In this document: piece by piece, positions 37,695-43,256 of the stretch
Numbering within the stretch: position 1 is the first letter of the stretch
Layout of the letters: every line of letters begins with the position of its first letter
Assembly: GCA_002256025.1 (NCBI GenBank)
Contig: NKIB01014448.1
Coordinates: 1 to 43,256, forward strand
DNA: 43,256 nucleotides
Source: Asterionella formosa
Taxonomy: Eukaryota
Direction of reading: 5' to 3'
The notes under the pieces: generated by a model
What the model saw: only the letters and a program-made list of their open reading frames with translations
What the model was told of the DNA's origin: nothing
The model's database searches: none
Made by a program: the position numbers and the translations under genes

Positions 37695-39518
37695 ATGGTA
37701 GTAGCATCCAATGAATCCATCGTTGCCGCTTGTGGTGGAGCTGCGCTTCTCCTTGGCCTCGTCATCCGGCCGTCACTGCCACTTACGATTCGAGCGCTGC
37801 GTCCATACGCATGGATAATGTCTCTATTCCTAGTACTCGGTTTCCGTGTCTCGGGAGGCAGTCTATGGGACACGTTGTACCATGGTACAGCTCGAATTAC
37901 CCAAGTGATTGAGAACAGCAATGCCCCAGAAACAGCAACTAGGATCGTGCAGTTGGTGTGGATGTCGGGGCTAGACATTATGGCGATTTTATGGATGGCA
38001 ACGCTTGGGAGAACCGCTTATTGTTTGTTTCATTACACTATACAGGAGTGGAACGACATGATGGTTCAATCCATTTTTGAATGGGCTCGTCAGAATGTTC
38101 CTGCGGTCAGAAAAGAAATGACCAAGCAAAAGCTCAAGTCACGAGAGAATCTTAAGGATGTTTTTGGAAAGGATCCAAACCGTACACTCACTCTCAGACT
38201 TCCTGAATCAGGCCGGTCAGCTGCCTCGATTATCTCTGAGATGCAATCAAATGGACTGTCAGAAAACAAAAAGTGGCAACAAGGTCAAGTTTCTGGAGCT
38301 GTCTACAGTCATGATGATTCACACACGCAACTCATGAATGCTGCGTATTCTAGCTTTAGCTGGGCCAACCCGTTGCATCCGGGCATGTGGCCGAGTGTGA
38401 ATCAGTACGAGGCAGAAATTATTAGTATGACAGCCAACCTGATGGGGATTCAGGGTGATATCGTTGGAACAACAACATCTGGTGGAACCGAAAGCATTGT
38501 TTTGGCCATCAAGGCACATAGGGAATTTTTTGGAAGAAAGCGAAGCATTCGCCATCCTGAGCTAGTATGTGGACCGACTGCACATGCTGCCGTCGATAAG
38601 GCATGTGAAATTCTTGGTATTCGCAAAGTGACAGTTGCATGCGACCCCAACACACATACGCTAGTGCCAAAGGATATTGAAAAGCAAATTACTTGCAACA
38701 CAATTATGATTTACTCTAGCGCTCCGAGCTACCCTCAAGGTGTTATTGACCCGATTGACGAACTCTCCAAGATTGCACTCAAATACGACATTGGCCTTCA
38801 CGTTGACGCATGCTTAGGAGGCTTTGTGTTACCTTTTGCCAGAAAACTTGGTCGCTGTTCCATTCCCAAATTTGATTTCGAATGCCCAGGGGTAACTAGT
38901 ATGAGTGTCGATACGCACAAATTTGCATACGCGTCGAAGGGCACTAGTGTAGTGTTGTATCGACACGACGAGCTCCGACATGCGCAGTACTTTTCTTATG
39001 CCAAATGGACTGGTGGGATGTATTCCACTCCAACGATTGCAGGATCACGTCCAGGAGCCTTATTGGCGTGCGCGTGGGCGGCAATGATTTCTATTGGTGA
39101 AAGTGGATATTTAGAGCGAGTCACGTCTATTCTTGATACGTCAGCGAAGCTTGTGGCGGAGATCAATAAGATGGATGATATATATGTACTTGGATCGCAA
39201 ACTCCCACCATGATTGTGTGTTTCGCCTCAAATACTGTAGATATTTATCGCGTGGGTGATATGATGGAGAAGCGGGGGTGGTCTCTGAATGCCCTTCAAC
39301 ACCCGGCAAGCATGCACATATGTGTTACGTTGAACACAGTAGCAAAAGCAGACAAGTTTGTTTCTGATCTTTTTGATTCTGTTAATGATACAAGGAAGGA
39401 AGGAGCTATTGGCAAGACCAAAGGTTCAGCTGCGATTTACGGAATGTCTGGAAGCTTGCCAGCAGGCCCAGTCAACGAGTTGCTATGTTGTTATACTGAT
39501 ATGACTTTGACTCCATGA
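37695..39518 (+). CDS. SGPL1: Sphingosine-1-phosphate lyase (PLP-dependent)
   Basis: GQVSGAVY, ANPLHP, TSGGTESI, TAHAAVDKA, HVDACLGGF, SVDTHKFAY (PLP lysine), WTGGMYSTPTIAGSRPG, GWSLNALQHP and AAIYG, plus a hydrophobic N-terminus. Confidence 0.93.
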   Translation: MVVASNESIVAACGGAALLLGLVIRPSLPLTIRALRPYAWIMSLFLVLGFRVSGGSLWDTLYHGTARITQVIENSNAPETATRIVQLVWMSGLDIMAILWMATLGRTAYCLFHYTIQEWNDMMVQSIFEWARQNVPAVRKEMTKQKLKSRENLKDVFGKDPNRTLTLRLPESGRSAASIISEMQSNGLSENKKWQQGQVSGAVYSHDDSHTQLMNAAYSSFSWANPLHPGMWPSVNQYEAEIISMTANLMGIQGDIVGTTTSGGTESIVLAIKAHREFFGRKRSIRHPELVCGPTAHAAVDKACEILGIRKVTVACDPNTHTLVPKDIEKQITCNTIMIYSSAPSYPQGVIDPIDELSKIALKYDIGLHVDACLGGFVLPFARKLGRCSIPKFDFECPGVTSMSVDTHKFAYASKGTSVVLYRHDELRHAQYFSYAKWTGGMYSTPTIAGSRPGALLACAWAAMISIGESGYLERVTSILDTSAKLVAEINKMDDIYVLGSQTPTMIVCFASNTVDIYRVGDMMEKRGWSLNALQHPASMHICVTLNTVAKADKFVSDLFDSVNDTRKEGAIGKTKGSAAIYGMSGSLPAGPVNELLCCYTDMTLTP

Positions 39519-39850
39519 TTTAAAACAAATTAGGAATCAAAGATATAGTGCGATTGAAATATTTCTGCCTTTACCACGTGAAATTGAAATGAACTGCAAC
39601 ATGCAGGTCAAGACGAAAGAAGCAAAAAGTCTGTATTTAGAGTTACCGTAAAATTGCAAAACAGTTGTGACTTACAAACATCGTCCTACCGTTCTAATTT
39701 CGTAATTTGCTGCACTCAAGTGACGACGATGCATCATATGATATTATTTCATTTACAAATATTCAAATAATAAAAAAGATGTCATGCATCCTCATCAGAG
39801 AACACAAGAAATGGGTCTATAGTTGTGAGCTATTGGGTTAAATATCCAAC

Positions 39851-40924
39851 CTATTCTCCATGACTGTTTCCTTGCCCCTTGAAATGCTGATTCCTTTTTT
39901 TGCGACTTTTGGATGAAGCGGTCTTGGAAGGAGCTTCAGGAGCCAAAATCTCGCCAGAGTCTCCTGCCGTGACGGACCAATCGGTAATGTAGCTGCATAC
40001 ACGTTCCTCCTGAGCAGTCTGGGGGGTTTCATATCCGGTCGCACTGGCAATGCCGGTAGTAAATCCATGGGAGACTTCACATTTGGCTGCGTAGTTGCAA
40101 AGTCCGACGCACATGTCAGAAGCAGCTCCATTGTCATCGCAGGAGATGCAAAGTGAAGAGTCGTAAACCTTCTTCAAGACTGCATAAGATAGCTTGAGTT
40201 GGGAGCCATTGGCATCAACAAGGTAGTCATCAACCCTCTTGGTTGAGTCAAGGTTGATGCAGTATGCATCAGTGAAAACACCAACATTAATCTTCCCTCC
40301 ACTGCTGGCGCACATGACATCTGCATAAAGTACACCATTTTCATCAGGGGGGTCATGTATCAATGTGCAAGGAGAAAAGATTGTGGCTTCCAGGTAACCA
40401 GTAGATGCCATGTTGTTGATCTTGGAACACTCATCAGTACAGATACTGCAGTCTACGTAAGCGGATCCAGAAGTGTTGTGATCAACGCAAGCATCACAGT
40501 AATTACAAACCATAGTCTGGTTAGCAACTTGGAATGCAACAGTGTACGTGAGGTACTGTTCGAGATCGATAACGTATTCACCATAGTTGGATGCGCAAGA
40601 ATTGCACGTGCCAGTAGGGCAAAGACGGAAGATGACAAAGTTTGAGGTTCCGAGCACAGTGCTGGAGGAGGAAGCGACTTCGGTGTAGTTGACAAACTGG
40701 CACCTGTCGTACTTGACACTGTAACCACCCAGGTCGAAATTATTCTGGGTCAGATCACGAGGAAGTTGGGAGTTGGAAGTAGGTTTGGCAGCAGCGAGCA
40801 ACTTTGAGATATATTCAGTTTCAACAGTTTGTTTGCTTTCAGCAACGAAGGGGTTGGCCGCGGCCTGGACGGCCAGATGGAGGGTGAAAGCAATTGTGGC
40901 AATGTTCATGATGAATCCTGTCAT
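39851..40924 (-). CDS. Silicanin-1/SiMat7-like Cys-rich protein lacking the C-terminal TM anchor
   Basis: Signal peptide; pro-peptide ending in RXL (PRDL); then YSVKYDRCQFV, FVIFRLCP..CNSC..YGEYVIDL..YL, VGVFTDAYC, CISC, LCNYAAKCE and VCSYI. I recognise this Cys pattern from diatom Sin1/SiMat7-like proteins. Confidence 0.78.
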   Translation of the reverse strand: MTGFIMNIATIAFTLHLAVQAAANPFVAESKQTVETEYISKLLAAAKPTSNSQLPRDLTQNNFDLGGYSVKYDRCQFVNYTEVASSSSTVLGTSNFVIFRLCPTGTCNSCASNYGEYVIDLEQYLTYTVAFQVANQTMVCNYCDACVDHNTSGSAYVDCSICTDECSKINNMASTGYLEATIFSPCTLIHDPPDENGVLYADVMCASSGGKINVGVFTDAYCINLDSTKRVDDYLVDANGSQLKLSYAVLKKVYDSSLCISCDDNGAASDMCVGLCNYAAKCEVSHGFTTGIASATGYETPQTAQEERVCSYITDWSVTAGDSGEILAPEAPSKTASSKSRKKRNQHFKGQGNSHGE

Positions 40925-41542
40925 GTTATGTATAGGTGTAGAAGTGGTATGATTGGTTCTGACAGAGAGACTTAGTTACATTGCACACAGAAGAGACCAG
41001 ACCAGTACCGTAATCACGCTATTTGTCCAGGTGTTCGATTAAAGTAGCAGGCGGGTTTCGATACCTGGTACCAGGACTGACAGTAGGAGTCCGCCGTTGT
41101 TCACTGGTGATAACTGCATTTTGCTTACCGGTATTCTCTACATAAAAGTAAATCAATTTAGAACTGTCCAATCATTGGCGAGGATCACGATTCTCCAGTC
41201 CCGCCTCGGACATCATTAACCGCGCGCGAATGTGGTTAGATATGTACATCGCACATGGTCGAAACTTTATAAATTGCTTCCTATAGAGTAATAATAGAAC
41301 AGCCACCGGGAACGACGTGTTCGTAAAAAATTAAACTCCCATGCATGATCTGCTCAGTTAACCCCGTATAGGAAGATAGTGCTAGCACCGGTAGTTAACT
41401 TCTGGTAGTGCCGTGCACAAAGCTGGCGACCATGCCATTGCCACTAGACTGAGGAATTTACAAACACGACCACAAAGAAAAAGGCGTTTCATCACACATG
41501 TCATAAAACTGAAACAACCTTATCAACAAGAACAAAGCAAAC

Positions 41543-43256
41543 ATGGCTTCTTTCAGTGGTACATACGCCCCTCGCCATGCTGGAATTACGACCGCTCATG
41601 CCGTACAAGATAGGCTCGTTAGGAGGGGAAGTTATTATTGTCCTATTCATCCAGACATTCTGCTTCGCAGAATGAATTTGTTTGAAGTTTGGAAGACTGT
41701 GCGAGAGAGCTGCCCTAGATGCGATGCTCAGCAGCCACCGCAGCCTCCTTCTTCGCCAGCAACGCAAATTCTAACCAATTCAATTCCGTCTAAGATTGCT
41801 GAAATTATTTCAAAGATGGAAAGGAATCTGCAGATTAAAAAAATTCAAGAAGATTGTCTCAAGGAGCTCGGGGAATTGGCTTTGAATGACGAAAACAAGG
41901 TGGCGATCCTTGAAGCAGGAGGTATCAATTTGATTCTGTCTGCCATGAACACTCATTCATGCATAGCAAAAGTGCAATACTATGGCTGTGGGCTTTTTTG
42001 GGCCTTGGCTGCTGAGAAAGATTACCATGTGGCGACTGCTGAAACAGGAGTTATCACTATGATTCTGTTTGCGCTGAGGAATCATAAATCCAATGCAATT
42101 GTGCAACACTATTGTTGTGCAGCACTTCAGCGTTTGGCAGTGAATGATAACAACAAGGGGAAGATTGCTGAAGGAGGAGGTATCAATTTGATTGTTTCTG
42201 CGATGAAGACTCATCCCTCCAATGCTAAGGTGCAAGAACAGGGTTGTGGAACACTTTTTGTCTTGTCTTACAAAAATGACGACAACAAGGTGGCAATTGC
42301 TGAAGCAGGAGGGATCACTACGACCGTGTCTGCGATGAATAATCATGGTGGCAATGTTGAATTGCAATACTTGGGTAGTGGAGTACTTAGGAACTTGGCT
42401 GATAATCAGGACAACCAGGTGAAGATTGCTGAAGCAAAAGGTATCATTACGATTCTGTTTGCCATGAAAACTCATTTCCTCAATTATCAGGTTCAACATT
42501 GTGGTTGTGCAGCACTTTGGAACTTGTCTATGAATGACAACAACAAGGTGAAGATTGCTGCAGCAGAAGGTATCACTACGATTCTGTCTGCGATGAAGAA
42601 TCATTCCTCCAATGCTGACGTGCAAGAATATAGTTGTGGAACACTTGGGAACTTGGCTTTGAATGACAGCAACAAGGTGGCTATTGTTGAAGCTAGTGGA
42701 GTATTAGCAATTGAGTCTGCTATGCAAAAGCACTCATCCAATGCCGATGTGCAAGAAAACGCTAATCGAGCACTTTCTATCTTTCAACCAATCTCAACAA
42801 CAACTCCAAAGCCAAGCAGTAGCAATCCAACTGATCCCGTTTCCATAGTTCAAAAAACAGAATGGAAAAAATATGTTGAACGAATGAAAGAAAATGATCT
42901 AGGTTTGACTACACTTTATCTCGCAACCAAATCAATTGGTGATGATGGCGCCAAGACCATTGCAGAGACTCTCAAGGTCAATACTGTCTTGACTACACTT
43001 GATCTCGATGGTAATTTAATTGGTGTTGTTGGCGCCAAGGCCATTGCAGAGACTCTCAAGGAAAATACTCACTTGACTACAATTTATCTCAGAGGTAATT
43101 TAATTGATGATGAGGGTGCCAATGCCATTGCAGAGGCTCTCAAGGTTAATACTGGCTTGACTACACTTAATCTTGAAGGTAATTCAATTGGTGTTTATGG
43201 CGCCAAGGCCATTGCAGTGGCCCTCAAGGTCAATGCTGTCTTGACTACACTTTATC
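41543..43256 (+). CDS. Partial ORF (>570 aa, runs off the window): putative Zn-binding CxxH..CxxC motif + 7 armadillo repeats + at least 4 RI-like LRRs
   Basis: Translated by hand from ATG 41543 with no stop to the end, which is probably why the track omits it. It has CPIHPDILLRR..W..ESCPRC, then ARM units of 129 bp (one of 132 bp), e.g. NDNNKVKIAAAEGITTILSAMKNHSSNADVQEYSCGTLGNLA, then 84-bp LRR units, e.g. LTTLDLDGNLIGVVGAKAIAETLKENTH. Confidence 0.92.
   Translation, partial: MASFSGTYAPRHAGITTAHAVQDRLVRRGSYYCPIHPDILLRRMNLFEVWKTVRESCPRCDAQQPPQPPSSPATQILTNSIPSKIAEIISKMERNLQIKKIQEDCLKELGELALNDENKVAILEAGGINLILSAMNTHSCIAKVQYYGCGLFWALAAEKDYHVATAETGVITMILFALRNHKSNAIVQHYCCAALQRLAVNDNNKGKIAEGGGINLIVSAMKTHPSNAKVQEQGCGTLFVLSYKNDDNKVAIAEAGGITTTVSAMNNHGGNVELQYLGSGVLRNLADNQDNQVKIAEAKGIITILFAMKTHFLNYQVQHCGCAALWNLSMNDNNKVKIAAAEGITTILSAMKNHSSNADVQEYSCGTLGNLALNDSNKVAIVEASGVLAIESAMQKHSSNADVQENANRALSIFQPISTTTPKPSSSNPTDPVSIVQKTEWKKYVERMKENDLGLTTLYLATKSIGDDGAKTIAETLKVNTVLTTLDLDGNLIGVVGAKAIAETLKENTHLTTIYLRGNLIDDEGANAIAEALKVNTGLTTLNLEGNSIGVYGAKAIAVALKVNAVLTTLY

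Noticed and set aside
25746..40728. Many 60-200-aa track ORFs overlapping MER3, VPS15, SET, S1P lyase and the silicanin-like gene
   Set aside because: They are alternative-frame or antisense shadows of long real CDSs and show no domain features.
41957..42625. 222-aa repetitive minus-strand ORF
   Set aside because: It is the antisense shadow of the ARM repeats; the plus-strand frame is the recognisable protein.

Overview
This is eukaryotic nuclear DNA, almost certainly from a diatom: there are GT-AG introns, a bipartite plastid-targeting signal and a silicanin/SiMat7-type protein. The left half (about 1-23 kb) is repeat-rich. It holds a decayed Ty3/gypsy pol, two families of tRNA-derived SINEs with target-site duplications, a long-TIR non-autonomous element with 20-bp internal arrays, a ~95-bp MITE family and local tandem duplications. 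Between these lie genes for an SDIR1-like RING-H2 ligase, a probably plastid-targeted CRAL-TRIO/Sec14-like protein, a small single-TM protein and a two-box HMG protein. The right half is gene-dense: a CREST/PAQR-like membrane protein, the meiotic helicase MER3/HFM1, VPS15 (three exons, one hidden by an in-frame poly-C intron), a SET-domain protein, sphingosine-1-phosphate lyase and a silicanin-like protein without a membrane anchor. An ORF absent from the supplied track (41543 to the window end) combines a putative Zn-binding motif, 7 ARM repeats and at least 4 RI-type LRRs, with variation concentrated at predicted binding-surface positions. That possible immune-receptor/Roco-like gene and a promoter-associated TACCGGTA/GGTACC palindrome pattern are the most interesting leads. 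No search tools were used, so family calls rest on motif recognition.
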